A stretch of DNA of 64,000 nt from NCBI GenBank assembly GCA_965248535.1, contig CBDFJR010000005.1:128001-192000 (forward strand). The letters are read 5' to 3'. The position numbers and the translations under genes were made by a program. The notes under the pieces are model-generated. The model made no database searches, was not told where the DNA came from, and was given only the letters and a program-made list of their open reading frames with translations. This stretch comes from Phormidesmis sp. GTDB taxonomy: Bacteria > Cyanobacteriota > Cyanobacteriia > Leptolyngbyales > Leptolyngbyaceae. Below are positions 9,750-20,055 of this stretch, piece after piece (positions within the stretch are counted from its first letter, which is position 1; the number at the start of each line of letters is the position of its first letter).

Positions 9750-11156
9750 TCAAAACAAGGGGAGATTTAGCACAACCCCAACACCGAGAATAAAGCCATC
9801 AAAGTTAATGCGAGAGTCAGAAGAGTGTCCAAAACTAAAGCCACTAAAAACATTCAATTGACTCTGCGACGTGATGGTGTAGGTCAAACGCCCCACCAGT
9901 TGATGATAGACATCCTCTCGTGACTGTTGCGTAAAGTGTGACCAGGCAAGCTGATAATCGATCGCCGTCTGAAAACTGGGCGACCAGCTATAGCTCAACG
10001 ACGAAATAAACGAATTGATCAATCGAGAGCGATCGTTAGGGTCAGCAAAACTCACCCGAAACTGATAAAACGTGTTCAGCGCCAGCTTTTTAGACAGCGT
10101 ATCTTGACGGCTCAACTCAAACCGAATCGAATTATCATTCAGAAAGCGATTGCCTCGAAACGCCTCTACCAAACCTTCTTTAGTGGCAAATAACTGCTGA
10201 CTACTCCAGCCAATTTCTCCAAACGTGCGGGGAGTCAACCGCTGCAAAACTCCCGCCCGCAATCTTAGCTCGTTGTAATTGAGAAACCCCAATCGCCCAT
10301 AGCGAATCAGATTTCCGTCTATAGACGTGACGAGATAAGTGTTGCGCCCGATCGCCGGGGCATAAAAGAGAGTTAAGCCCGATCGAATCAGCCCATCGCT
10401 AACCGGGTCAGCCCCAGAAAACACATTCGTCGTTCTAAAATAATCGACTCTCGTGATCAGATAAACCGAGGGTTGCCGGGCCGCCACAGGCAACGGCAGA
10501 GGTTCTAAAATGCGCTCCCGCAGTCGCGGAAATCCTAACTCTGGGTCAATCTCTTGAGTAGGTTTAGCCAAAATCACGCCGAGTTCTGGGTCTTGCGGAG
10601 CGCTTGAGGCGTGAGTAGACGACTCTTCACCCGCCCGATCAGACGGCACGACTGGTTTATCTAAATCAAGCATCAACTTACTTGCATCAAGCGTCAACTT
10701 ACCCGATGAAAACCGACAGCCAGACGCAGCAGACTGTGAGTTCCAGCAAGGAGATTTCACTATTGGCAAGGCGTGATTGAGCGGCTCAGACGTGAGAGAT
10801 TGCGAGACGGTGAGTGAAGAACGGTGCAGCGATCGCTGCTCAATCCCCGTCCGAGACAATGGCTCTTTTGGAGGCGGACTTGGCTCTGCGCTATCGCTTT
10901 CTGCCAAAACGAACCTGTCTGAAGGATGGATCAAAGGAGAAAGTTGATCTGGACTCGGTAAAATTGGCTCTAGCAGGTTTGCCTTAGCAGGATGTTCTAA
11001 GACAGTTGAACGGCTCACCTCAGACCACGCAGGAGTCGCCCCAGCTAAAATCATCCAGAAAACCAATGGCCCTAACCAAGACTGCGACAAATAGCAACGC
11101 CGCTTTTGGTTCCACACTAATTGACGCACAGGAGAAGAAACCGTCACTTTACTCAA
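9750..11156 (-). CDS. Probable outer-membrane beta-barrel protein with a long disordered N-terminus
   Basis: Signal-peptide-like segment; low-complexity N half; C-terminal ~240 aa of alternating amphipathic strands ending in Phe (LPLF); start uncertain. Confidence 0.65.
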   Translation of the reverse strand: MSKVTVSSPVRQLVWNQKRRCYLSQSWLGPLVFWMILAGATPAWSEVSRSTVLEHPAKANLLEPILPSPDQLSPLIHPSDRFVLAESDSAEPSPPPKEPLSRTGIEQRSLHRSSLTVSQSLTSEPLNHALPIVKSPCWNSQSAASGCRFSSGKLTLDASKLMLDLDKPVVPSDRAGEESSTHASSAPQDPELGVILAKPTQEIDPELGFPRLRERILEPLPLPVAARQPSVYLITRVDYFRTTNVFSGADPVSDGLIRSGLTLFYAPAIGRNTYLVTSIDGNLIRYGRLGFLNYNELRLRAGVLQRLTPRTFGEIGWSSQQLFATKEGLVEAFRGNRFLNDNSIRFELSRQDTLSKKLALNTFYQFRVSFADPNDRSRLINSFISSLSYSWSPSFQTAIDYQLAWSHFTQQSREDVYHQLVGRLTYTITSQSQLNVFSGFSFGHSSDSRINFDGFILGVGVVLNLPLF

Positions 11157-11629
11157 ACCCGTCTTGCGATCGCCTCCAACAAAACCTCTCTAGCAAATCA
11201 ATCTCATCTGCCGGGTCTCATCAGAACGTTGTCTCACCTGTTATACCTTCATTTGTCTAGTTGTCTCATCACCCGAACTCGTCTTATTTACGATCGAGAT
11301 TTCCTCAAGACTCCCCGCAAAGCCCACAGATTCTAACATTCGAGTTAAAGTATTGGTGAAGATAGAAGGCTGCATCTTTACTTAAGCACCAAGAATTAGA
11401 TTAAGACCAAATTCGTGGTCGGGCACAGCGCTGCCGTCCCCTTTGACATTGCAAATATATTGCAAATCTGTAGACACGATTTAATTCGCGATGCAAACAA
11501 TTCTCACTTAAACGGGTTAATACAGACACTTAAAGTTCATGTAAACTTATAAGTTGCAAGATCCTCAGTATCTGATTATCTCAATGGAGCTTGACTGCTT
11601 CGATGCCCTCCTTTGCTTCTGGAGTGTTT

Positions 11630-13261
11630 ATGTCTCGTAATTGGTTCCTCGTCGTCACCCTGAGTCTTCTAAGCGTCAGCACCGCCCTCCTTCCAACGCC
11701 AGTGCGGGCTGAAACCCTTTTAACATTTGCAGACATTCAAGCCCTGCTGAGGCAAGTTCGGTTACTACCCAGAGACCAGCCTCCTCACCCAGCCCAAGTC
11801 AACGATCGCATGTTTACGGGCGATGCTCTCTCAACGGCTCGTTCTTCTAAAGCCGATTTGCGCTTCAACGATGGCTCATTTGCGCGAGTCGGAGAGTTAG
11901 CCTTATTTCGGTTCATCCCCAACACTCGGCAGTTTAATCTCTCTAACGGCACCGCCCTGCTGTTGATTCCTCCCGGTCGGGGCACCACCACGGTTAAAAC
12001 ACCCAACGTCTCTGCGGGAATTCGCGGGTCGGCCTTGTTTGTGCGGGTTGATGAGCAGACAGGCACCACGATCGTCGGGGCCCTCACCAACAGCGGCATC
12101 ACCGTAACCGACAATGTGACTAATCGACTCGTAGAACTCAAAGCAGGACAAATGGCAGTCGCCGATCCGAGAGGGCTGCGCTTATTTGACTTTGATCTCA
12201 CCACGTTCTACCAAACCAGCAACATGGCTCGTGGCTTGAGTCTAGACCAAAAGCCGTCAGAGACGAGTTTAGACAAAGATATCGCAGCCGTTCAAAGAGA
12301 AACCTCTGAGGCAGTAGGCAAACAAGAAAAGATTCCTGAAGAAGCCATTGCTAGAAATCTAGACTTTATCAAGCTATCGCCTCAGTCTTCTGTGTTCCCT
12401 GAAGAAAAAACAGCGACTCCCCTTCCTCCAAATCCTCCCATTGCAGGAACCACTGCTCCAGAGATCTTCGACAGAGGCAGTTTGGGCACTGGTCAGCCGA
12501 CTTCATCTAACCCCGATACTCCCAAACTAGAACAGTCTCTCATTCCTCCCGCTCCGCCAACCTCTCGGACTGCGCCTCCACCAGTGACCATAATTCCGGC
12601 ACCCACTCCCCAGCCTGTGCCTTCACCACTGCCCATCACTCCAGCCCCGACTCCGGCACCCACCACTCCCCCGCCAGGCGGTCTAACCCCCATTCAAAAA
12701 GACCCTGCTGCGGTTAAAGCGTCTGATCCTATACCGACTGTGATCCCGGTTGTGACTCCTGCGCCAGTGACGGCTCCAGTTCAGGTTACTCCGGTCACAA
12801 CTCCGGTAGTGGTCACACCCGTCGTAACTCCAGCACCCGTAACCTATCCGGTTCAGGTTACACCCGTCGTAACTCCGGTAGTGGTCACCCCTGTGCAGGT
12901 CACACCCGTCGTAACTCCGGTAGTGGTCACCCCTGTGCAGGTTACACCCGTCGCAACTCCGGTAGTGGCCACTCCTCCAATTCAAGTGGTTACTCCGGTT
13001 CAAGCTTCTCCAACGCCAGTGGTTGCACCTGTGATCTCACAGCCGTTACAAGTCGTTCCGACTACCCCCGCAGCCGTTACATCGGTGCCATCGCCCACGC
13101 CCAACTCAGTTCCAACGGTTCCTGCCAATAATCCTCCAAGTTCAACAGTTGCGCCGACTCCAACCTTAGCCCCCTCTCTAGCACCGACCACCGCGCCTGT
13201 GCTGCCTGTAGAGGTCAAGTCACCCCCCGTTCAAACCCCATCAACCGCCAGTGGCACCTAG
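11630..13261 (+). CDS. Secreted FecR-domain protein with a Pro/Thr/Val-rich repetitive tail
   Basis: Signal peptide; GDALST, ADLRFNDGS, TPNVSAGIRGS FecR-like motifs; GGAG upstream of ATG 11630. Confidence 0.85.
   Translation: MSRNWFLVVTLSLLSVSTALLPTPVRAETLLTFADIQALLRQVRLLPRDQPPHPAQVNDRMFTGDALSTARSSKADLRFNDGSFARVGELALFRFIPNTRQFNLSNGTALLLIPPGRGTTTVKTPNVSAGIRGSALFVRVDEQTGTTIVGALTNSGITVTDNVTNRLVELKAGQMAVADPRGLRLFDFDLTTFYQTSNMARGLSLDQKPSETSLDKDIAAVQRETSEAVGKQEKIPEEAIARNLDFIKLSPQSSVFPEEKTATPLPPNPPIAGTTAPEIFDRGSLGTGQPTSSNPDTPKLEQSLIPPAPPTSRTAPPPVTIIPAPTPQPVPSPLPITPAPTPAPTTPPPGGLTPIQKDPAAVKASDPIPTVIPVVTPAPVTAPVQVTPVTTPVVVTPVVTPAPVTYPVQVTPVVTPVVVTPVQVTPVVTPVVVTPVQVTPVATPVVATPPIQVVTPVQASPTPVVAPVISQPLQVVPTTPAAVTSVPSPTPNSVPTVPANNPPSSTVAPTPTLAPSLAPTTAPVLPVEVKSPPVQTPSTASGT
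12745..13000 (+). repeat. Coding tandem repeats (42-nt unit, TPVVTPVVVTPVQV)
   Basis: Unit cacccgtcgtaactccggtagtggtcacccctgtgcaggtca starts at 12861 and 12903, with a partial copy at 12945 and degenerate copies upstream. Confidence 0.9.
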
Positions 13262-13286
13262 TCAGAAGACTTATTAAGGAAATCCT

Positions 13287-13329
13287 AAAAAGTGGGTCAT
13301 CAGTTATCTAATCTGATGACCCACTTTTT
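13287..13329. terminator. Bidirectional intrinsic terminator
   Basis: Perfect inverted repeat aaaaagtgggtcatcag / ctgatgacccacttttt between convergent genes. Confidence 0.85.
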
Positions 13330-13348
13330 AAAGTTTTGTTGTTGAAGC

Positions 13349-13876
13349 TTAGACAGAGGGAACTAGACGCTTTCGCAGGGCCTCGGCGCGGCGCTTGGCA
13401 GTTGGATTGCTAGGCTCGATCGCTAAGGCTTGCTCATAAACTTCTAGCGCAGGGGCGGCTAACTGCTTGCGTTCATAGGAGTGACCAAGGTTATTGAGAG
13501 CCGTCACATAATCTGGGGCAAGTTTCAACGCTTCTTTATAGTTGCGAAGCGCTAAGTCATATTGCTCTTGAGAAAAATAAGTAAACCCCAAGGCGTTATA
13601 AACCGCAGCGAGTTCTAAACCCTCTAAGGTTTCTGCTTTGATTGCTTTTTGAAATTGCGCGATCGCTTGCACATAGATTCGCTTGTCAAGCAGAATGCTG
13701 CCTAACTCGTAATATTCTTGAGCCGTTCCTTTCTCTTTGCTGAGTTTGCCTTGCAGCCGAGAAAGAGCTTTTTCAATCTTCTGAGTTTTGAGAACTTGGC
13801 GAAAAACGGTGACAACCGCGATGGCCAATAGCCCTAATAACCCAGAGATGTAGGCGATCGGAAGGTAGCTCTCCAT
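13349..13876 (-). CDS. ycf37: TPR protein, Ycf37-like photosystem I assembly factor
   Basis: N-terminal TM helix plus three TPRs (YNALGF, ALNNLG); conserved position downstream of rpmI-rplT; ATG at 13876. Confidence 0.8.
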   Translation of the reverse strand: MESYLPIAYISGLLGLLAIAVVTVFRQVLKTQKIEKALSRLQGKLSKEKGTAQEYYELGSILLDKRIYVQAIAQFQKAIKAETLEGLELAAVYNALGFTYFSQEQYDLALRNYKEALKLAPDYVTALNNLGHSYERKQLAAPALEVYEQALAIEPSNPTAKRRAEALRKRLVPSV

Positions 13877-13951
13877 AGTTTTATCACTCGTGAATTCCAA
13901 TACGGACGGTGAAGGCAAAACGTTTGGCTGCGCCTTCTCTTTCAAGGTATC

Positions 13952-14740
13952 TCACAGAAGCCCCCAATAGATCGCTCTCTGTTGAAGCCAGCCTTCTGCT
14001 TTCCAGCGATCGAGAGCTTGATCGATCTGCCGTCGCAACTCGTCATATTGAACACCTTTGGGTAAGACGATGCAAAGTGGCTCGGTTGAGAGGCGCACTG
14101 GCAGCAGGCGATCGGTCGGAAACTCTTTGACCCAACTCGTCAAGATGCTGGTGTCAGAGGCAAATGCAGCGACTTTCCCAGACGCTAGCAAAGATTTTCC
14201 CTCAGCGTAAGAATTCACTCCGACCAGCTTAGTTTGAGGGAGGCGATAGCGCAAAGCCGCGATCGTGCTGGAGTCATTGAGAACCGCGATCGTTTGATTC
14301 GTCAGGTCAGAGATGCCTTGGATTGCCGGAACATTAGTGACCAAGGCAGTTCCATCTAGATAATAAGGGGTGCTGAAATTCACCACCCGCGATCGTGAAG
14401 GGGTGGCGGTGACTCTGGCGATCGTCAGATCAACCTGACCATTCAGCACCACGGCCAGCCGATCGCGATTGTTAACGGGCTTAAAGACGACCGAGCCTGA
14501 TTTGCCCAGCAGTTCCTGTGCCAATCGTTGAGCGATATCGATTTCCAGCCCTTGTAGGGTGCCCTGAGCATCGCGAAAGCCCAAGGGACGCAGATTATCC
14601 TTAATCGCTACAGTCAGGTGGCCCCGCTGGGCAATCGTCTTTAAGTCGGCGGCCAACGAACAAAGGGGCACTGTCAGTTGTGCCCCTAAGAGGGAGAGTC
14701 CAATTGCTCTAGCCAGAATCGATTGCAGAGTCCTGTTCAT
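13952..14740 (-). CDS. Amino-acid ABC transporter substrate-binding protein (family 3)
   Basis: Signal peptide; KDNLRPLGF, GLEIDIA, FSTPYY motifs; ATG at 14740. Confidence 0.85.
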   Translation of the reverse strand: MNRTLQSILARAIGLSLLGAQLTVPLCSLAADLKTIAQRGHLTVAIKDNLRPLGFRDAQGTLQGLEIDIAQRLAQELLGKSGSVVFKPVNNRDRLAVVLNGQVDLTIARVTATPSRSRVVNFSTPYYLDGTALVTNVPAIQGISDLTNQTIAVLNDSSTIAALRYRLPQTKLVGVNSYAEGKSLLASGKVAAFASDTSILTSWVKEFPTDRLLPVRLSTEPLCIVLPKGVQYDELRRQIDQALDRWKAEGWLQQRAIYWGLL

Positions 14741-14765
14741 TGAGACTGCGGGCCGTTCCACGAAC

Positions 14766-15119
14766 TTACTTCGCTTGAGCAGCCAGTTCCAGCACTTTTG
14801 CAAAGCCGCCTGGGTCAAGAATCGCCAATTGAGCTAGCATCTTGCGGTTGATCTCAATGTCTACTTTCTTAAGATTGCCGATTAACTTGCTATAGCTCAG
14901 CCCGTGCATCCGAGCGGCTGCGTTGATGCGAGTAATCCACAACCGACGAAAATCGCGCTTCCGCTTGCGGCGATCGCGATAAGCATTCCGCAATGCTTTC
15001 ATCACTTGCTGATTGGCTGTGCGAAAAATCGTAGAGTGTGATCCCCGAAACCCTTTCGCCAGTTTGAGAATCTTTTTGCGGCGCTTACGAGCGACATTAC
15101 CGCGCTTTACCCGTGTCAT
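14766..15119 (-). CDS. rplT: 50S ribosomal protein L20
   Basis: MTRVKRG...[15 protein letters not shown]. Confidence 0.98.
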   Translation of the reverse strand: MTRVKRGNVARKRRKKILKLAKGFRGSHSTIFRTANQQVMKALRNAYRDRRKRKRDFRRLWITRINAAARMHGLSYSKLIGNLKKVDIEINRKMLAQLAILDPGGFAKVLELAAQAK

Positions 15120-15196
15120 GTTTTTTTCCTTACTTAAATACTATGAGGTGACAGATCTCGATCGTCCCAACATCCTCTGTCTGACCTGTTCTGCCC

Positions 15197-15394
15197 TTAC
15201 AAATAAGGCAGCATCGCCCGAACGTTGTCTGCGTCGCGCTCATCGACCACCGATGTTCCCGCAAGGCGACGACGGCGAGAGGGGCTTTTGTGCTCTAGCA
15301 AGTGTGCTCTGTGGGTGTTTCGGCGAATAATTTTACCGCTTCCACTCGCTCTGAAACGTTTAGCAGCAGATTTACGGGTCTTCAGCTTGGGCAT
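15197..15394 (-). CDS. rpmI: 50S ribosomal protein L35
   Basis: [14 protein letters not shown]; upstream of rplT. Confidence 0.98.
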   Translation of the reverse strand: MPKLKTRKSAAKRFRASGSGKIIRRNTHRAHLLEHKSPSRRRRLAGTSVVDERDADNVRAMLPYL

Positions 15395-15825
15395 GGGATT
15401 GCTCTAATTCGACACAGCTTTCAATGATAAAGCTAGTCTAAGCGATCGCGCAAGCCCTGATCCGAATTATCTACAGAAATCTCGTTGGAATTAGGTCATC
15501 AAATTTGCTCTATTCAAACCATCACAATTTTAGAGCCGATCCCTATTCCAACGAGGCCCCTTTGCCAGCTAAAGTTTGATTACGCAAAAATCAATGGTCT
15601 GGTTTTCTCCTGTTGATTGATTCCTGTAAATCTTCAGAGATTTGGGGCTAAACTTCAGGCGCACTATTAGGACGGCAATATATTCCAAAAAACAGTTGGA
15701 AGCTTTGATGGAGATGATCTTTACGCTGAAAAGTGTTTCGATCGCCTGCCTCCAAATTTGTCTGTCTAAAAATCTCAACTCATTCACAATTGCTATTTTT
15801 AATCTCTTTTCTGTGAGGATTCAAG

Positions 15826-17676
15826 ATGAACCGGAAGCAAGTTTCATTGACTCAAAAAATTAGCTTGACTTGTTTGCTAACTGGATCGATTTCTTTGGCA
15901 GAATTGCCTGCGGTTGCATCTGAGGTTCAAGCTCTCTCATCCTCTAAAATTGCTCAGTTATCGTCTCGCGACAGAAGTGAAGCTCTCGATCGGGCTTCCT
16001 CCCTTTCTGAGATCACTCAGCCTCAGACTAGTGACTTCTCTTCAATGACTCAGGTGACTTCGGTTTCTCAATTATCAGACGTTAAACCCACAGACTGGGC
16101 GTTTCAAGCGCTGCAATCTTTGGTCGAGCGCTATGGCTGCATTGCGGGCTATCCTGACAAGACCTATCGAGGCAACCGCGCCCTGACCCGCTATGAATTT
16201 GCAGCCGGGTTGAATGCGTGTCTCGATCGCGTCAACGAACTCATTGCTGCCGCTACGGCTGATTTGGTCAAGAAAGAAGATCTGGCAACCCTGCAAAAGC
16301 TTCAGGAAGAGTTTGCCGCAGAATTATCTACGTTGCGGGGTCGGGTCGATGCCCTGGAAGCCCGAACCACAACCTTAGAAAAGCAGCAGTTCTCAACGAC
16401 CACCAAACTGAGTGGGGAAGCAATTTTTAGCCTTGCAAGTGGCTATGGCGGCGCACCCACCGGAAGAGATGCCAATCCCGTCTTTAACAATCGAGTTCGC
16501 TTAAACCTGAAAACTAGTTTTAGTGGCAAAGATCTGCTGATCACAGGTCTGCAAGCCTATAACTTTGGCGGAGGTGGCGATAATAATCTCCTGGGAAGAT
16601 CGGGCGGCGGCAGCATCGCAGGTCAGTTAGGCTTGGGCGACGCGATCTTTGGCAACGCCAGCAATGCGCGTCTCTCCTATGAGCCGCAGTTTCCAACGGT
16701 TAACCCGCAAGATCTATCGCCCAAAGGCGGCAGTAACAGCGTTAACGTCTACAAGCTGCTTTACATCTTCCCGGTTGCCAGCAAGTTAACTGCCTTCGCA
16801 GGCACCAATGCTGAGGTTTCTGATGCGTTTCCGGCTATTTTGCCTTTCTCAAGTGAGGGGCAGGGTGCAGTCTCGCGCTTTTCTGCCCTGCCTGCTGCCC
16901 AACGAGTCTCTGGCGGCACCTCTCAAACCGGACTGGCCTCCGCGGCCGGAGTGATTTTAAACCTGTCGGACGCGATCGACTTTCGCGCCCTCTATGGCAG
17001 CGTCAATGCCAACATCGTCAGCAACCAAGCCTTTCCAGGCACTCCTCTGGGAGCCGGAGTGTTTAACGGCAGCTACATTGCGGCGGCGCAACTGACCGTA
17101 AAACCTTCCCCCGCGATCGACATCGGTCTTAATTATGCTCACAGCTATCACCAAATCAATCTTTTGGGGACAGGTTTGAGCAGTTCTGATTTTGGCGCGA
17201 TCGCGTTCAACCCAACGGCTGCCCAAATTATCAGTCGCGGGGCAGGCTTAGGGGCAGCCGGAGCCGTAGTCAATCAGGGAATTAAGATGGATACTTTGGG
17301 TGCCAGCGTTGCGTTTCGTCTGGCTCCGACCCTAACGTTGGCTGGCTCTTATACGCATATTTTCAGTAACTTAGTGGATGTAAATGCCTCCACAAATTTT
17401 AATTCGTGGCTGGTTGGCTTACATATCCAAGACATTTTGAAAAAGGGGAATTCGGCAGGGGTTATTTTTGGTCAACCCCTAAAACGAGTCAGCACGGGCG
17501 GAGTGGCGATCAATCCCGAAAACCGGACTCCTTATCAGGTAGAAGGCTATTTTAACTTTCGGATGAACGACAATATCAGTATTACGCCGGGCGTTTTTGT
17601 GATTTTCAACCCAGAAGGGTTTAAACAGAATGACACCGTGTTTATGCCAGTCATTCGCACCACGTTTACCTTCTGA
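15826..17676 (+). CDS. Cyanobacterial SLH-domain porin (OprB-like / 'iron uptake porin' family)
   Basis: QVTSVSQLSDV.PTDWAFQAL.SLVERYGCIAGYPD SLH motif, coiled coil, FSTTTKL, terminal RTTFTF. Confidence 0.93.
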   Translation: MNRKQVSLTQKISLTCLLTGSISLAELPAVASEVQALSSSKIAQLSSRDRSEALDRASSLSEITQPQTSDFSSMTQVTSVSQLSDVKPTDWAFQALQSLVERYGCIAGYPDKTYRGNRALTRYEFAAGLNACLDRVNELIAAATADLVKKEDLATLQKLQEEFAAELSTLRGRVDALEARTTTLEKQQFSTTTKLSGEAIFSLASGYGGAPTGRDANPVFNNRVRLNLKTSFSGKDLLITGLQAYNFGGGGDNNLLGRSGGGSIAGQLGLGDAIFGNASNARLSYEPQFPTVNPQDLSPKGGSNSVNVYKLLYIFPVASKLTAFAGTNAEVSDAFPAILPFSSEGQGAVSRFSALPAAQRVSGGTSQTGLASAAGVILNLSDAIDFRALYGSVNANIVSNQAFPGTPLGAGVFNGSYIAAAQLTVKPSPAIDIGLNYAHSYHQINLLGTGLSSSDFGAIAFNPTAAQIISRGAGLGAAGAVVNQGIKMDTLGASVAFRLAPTLTLAGSYTHIFSNLVDVNASTNFNSWLVGLHIQDILKKGNSAGVIFGQPLKRVSTGGVAINPENRTPYQVEGYFNFRMNDNISITPGVFVIFNPEGFKQNDTVFMPVIRTTFTF

Positions 17677-17825
17677 GCGGGGGGCGAGAAATCAGCGATC
17701 GCAGAGCAGACTCAACTCGACCCTCAATATTTGATCGGTCACTCCAAACTTAATCCGTTAGAATAATTCCAGGAAGGACAGTTCGCTGTTCGTCACCGAG
17801 TTTCATGGAATTTTCATTTCATGAG

Positions 17826-17852
17826 AAGTGGGCAACATGACCCACTTTTTTT
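17826..17852 (+). promoter_or_regulatory. rimP leader hairpin (attenuator-like)
   Basis: aagtggg-caacatga-cccactt followed by a U tract, 18 nt before the rimP ATG; a terminator-like hairpin is widespread upstream of rimP-nusA-infB. Confidence 0.7.
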
Positions 17853-17870
17853 ATTTGGAGTAGTGGTCAA

Positions 17871-18338
17871 ATGGCGCATCCTCTGGTTCCCCAAATCCTC
17901 GATCTCGCTGCCCCCGTCGCAGACTCTATCGGCTTAGAAGTGGTTGCGGCCGTGTTTCACACTCACCAAAATCCTCCCGTGCTGCGGGTAGATGTGAGAA
18001 ACAAGCAGGACGACACGGGGCTAGAAGACTGTGAACGCATGAGCCGCGCTCTAGAGCCAGTCCTTGACGGCACTGATTTCTTCCCTGACAACTATGTTTT
18101 AGAGGTGTCAAGTCCCGGCGTTTCGCGGTTTCTCACCACCGATCGCGAGTTCATCTCGTTTCGGGGGTTTCCGGCGATCGTCACCACCACCGAGCCTTAT
18201 AAAGGCCACACCACATGGACAGGAGATTTAGTTCGTCGAGATGAAACAGCCGTCTATCTCAACCAAAAAGGACGACCGATCACCCTTCCCCGCGATTTAG
18301 TCGCTCAGGTGCAACTGGTCGAAGGTGAAGAAGACTAA
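17871..18338 (+). CDS. rimP: Ribosome maturation factor RimP
   Basis: DCERMSR, YVLEVSSPG; operon context. Confidence 0.95.
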   Translation: MAHPLVPQILDLAAPVADSIGLEVVAAVFHTHQNPPVLRVDVRNKQDDTGLEDCERMSRALEPVLDGTDFFPDNYVLEVSSPGVSRFLTTDREFISFRGFPAIVTTTEPYKGHTTWTGDLVRRDETAVYLNQKGRPITLPRDLVAQVQLVEGEED

Positions 18339-18399
18339 ACCATTCTGCCTGTTGACCCGACCCCCTTTCTAACAATCTAATATTCACGGAGAGTTCACG

Positions 18400-19713
18400 A
18401 TGTCAATGGTCGCCTTACCCGGACTCAAAGACATGATCGATAGCATTAGTCGAGAGCGCAACCTGCCCAAGCTCTCAGTTCAAGCCGCTCTGCGCGAGGC
18501 CCTGATGAAGGGATATGAGCGATTTCGGCGCACCCAGCGCATGGACAGCCCCAACTTTGAAGAAGAATATTTCGATAATTTTGAGGTCGAGCTAGACATC
18601 GACGAAGAAGGCTTTCGCGTCTTGGCAACGAAGACGATCGTTGAAGAGGTCAACAACCCCGATCATCAAATTGCCCTCAAAGAAGTTCAAGAAGTCGCGG
18701 CTGAGGCCCAAACTGGCGACACAGTGGTTCTAGATGTCACCCCTGATCAGGGCGACTTTGGACGCATGGCGGCGATTCAAACCAAGCAGGTGCTAGCGCA
18801 AAAACTGCGGGATCAGCAGCGTAAACTCGTCCAAGAAGAATTTCAAGAGTTGGAAGGAACCATTCTGCAAGCCAGAGTGCTGCGCTTTGAGCGCCAATCG
18901 GTGATCATGGCGGTGACGAGCGGCTTTGGGCAGCCCGAAGTCGAAGCCGAATTGCTGAAACGCGATCAGTTGCCCAACGATAACTATCGAGCCAACGCCA
19001 CTTTTAGAGTCTATTTAAAGAAAGTCAGCGAAGGATCGCATCGTGGCCCCCAGCTTTTGGTCTCTAGAGCCGATGCAGGTCTCGTCGTCTATCTGTTTGA
19101 GAACGAAGTGCCCGAAATTCAGGATGATATTGTCCGCATTGTGGCAGTGGCGCGAGAAGCCAATCCTCCCTCTCGCTATGTTGGCCCGCGCACTAAAATC
19201 GCGGTCGATACGTTAGAGCGGGACGTTGATCCCGTGGGGGCTTGCATTGGGGCGCGAGGCTCTCGAATTCAGGCCGTCGTGAACGAATTGCGAGGCGAAA
19301 AAATTGACGTGATTCGCTGGTCGCCTGATCCCTCTACCTATATTGCCAATGCGCTGAGTCCGGCTCGTGTAGATGAAGTGCGGCTCGTTGATCCCGATGG
19401 TCGTCAGGCGCATATTTTGGTGCCCGAAGACCAATTGAGTTTGGCGATCGGCAAAGAAGGTCAAAACGTCCGCCTAGCTGCCCGGCTGACAGGCTGGAAA
19501 ATCGACATCAAAGACATCAAAAAATATGACTACGAAGCCGAAAACGAGAAGAGCGCAGCGCTAGAAGAGTCTCGCCGTCTGGCCCAAGAACAAGCCGAAG
19601 CCGAATATTATGAGGAATATGAGGACGAAGACTATCCCGAAGAGACTCAGCCGCCTACCCGCGCAACCGAGCCTCAGCCAGAAGACGACGAACCGCTAGA
19701 AGACGAGATCTAA
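18400..19713 (+). CDS. nusA: Transcription termination/antitermination factor NusA
   Basis: FGRMAAIQTKQV, DPVGACIG, SLAIGKEGQNVRLA. Confidence 0.97.
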   Translation: MSMVALPGLKDMIDSISRERNLPKLSVQAALREALMKGYERFRRTQRMDSPNFEEEYFDNFEVELDIDEEGFRVLATKTIVEEVNNPDHQIALKEVQEVAAEAQTGDTVVLDVTPDQGDFGRMAAIQTKQVLAQKLRDQQRKLVQEEFQELEGTILQARVLRFERQSVIMAVTSGFGQPEVEAELLKRDQLPNDNYRANATFRVYLKKVSEGSHRGPQLLVSRADAGLVVYLFENEVPEIQDDIVRIVAVAREANPPSRYVGPRTKIAVDTLERDVDPVGACIGARGSRIQAVVNELRGEKIDVIRWSPDPSTYIANALSPARVDEVRLVDPDGRQAHILVPEDQLSLAIGKEGQNVRLAARLTGWKIDIKDIKKYDYEAENEKSAALEESRRLAQEQAEAEYYEEYEDEDYPEETQPPTRATEPQPEDDEPLEDEI

Positions 19714-19749
19714 CCCATCGGGCAGGGCGTAATCTAGTCATGCGCCCTA

Positions 19750-20055
19750 GTGAGTTTGAGCATGGAACCTAACTATCGTCGCTGCATTAGCTGTCGGCAA
19801 ATTGCCCCCAAAGAAGCCTTTTGGCGAGTGGCTAGAATTCATCCATCTCACACGATCGTGCTCGATCGGGGCATGGGGCGTTCTGCTTATCTCTGCCCCC
19901 GATCGGAGTGTCTCAAAGCGGCTCAAAAGAAGGATCGATTAAGCCGCGCCCTCAAAGCGCCCGTTTCTAGCCAGATCTATGAACGCCTCTGGCAGCGCCT
20001 CACCGAGACTCAAAACCAGGGTTCCCAAATGCCGCACGACCCACCCAGTGTCTAA
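19750..20055 (+). CDS. ylxR: YlxR/DUF448 family protein
   Basis: R.CISC, GRSAYLC; lies between nusA and infB; start may be ATG 19762. Confidence 0.88.
   Translation: MSLSMEPNYRRCISCRQIAPKEAFWRVARIHPSHTIVLDRGMGRSAYLCPRSECLKAAQKKDRLSRALKAPVSSQIYERLWQRLTETQNQGSQMPHDPPSV

Noticed and set aside
12745..13000. Repeats as a possible CRISPR array
   Set aside because: Units are contiguous and in frame with no unique spacers; no cas genes nearby.
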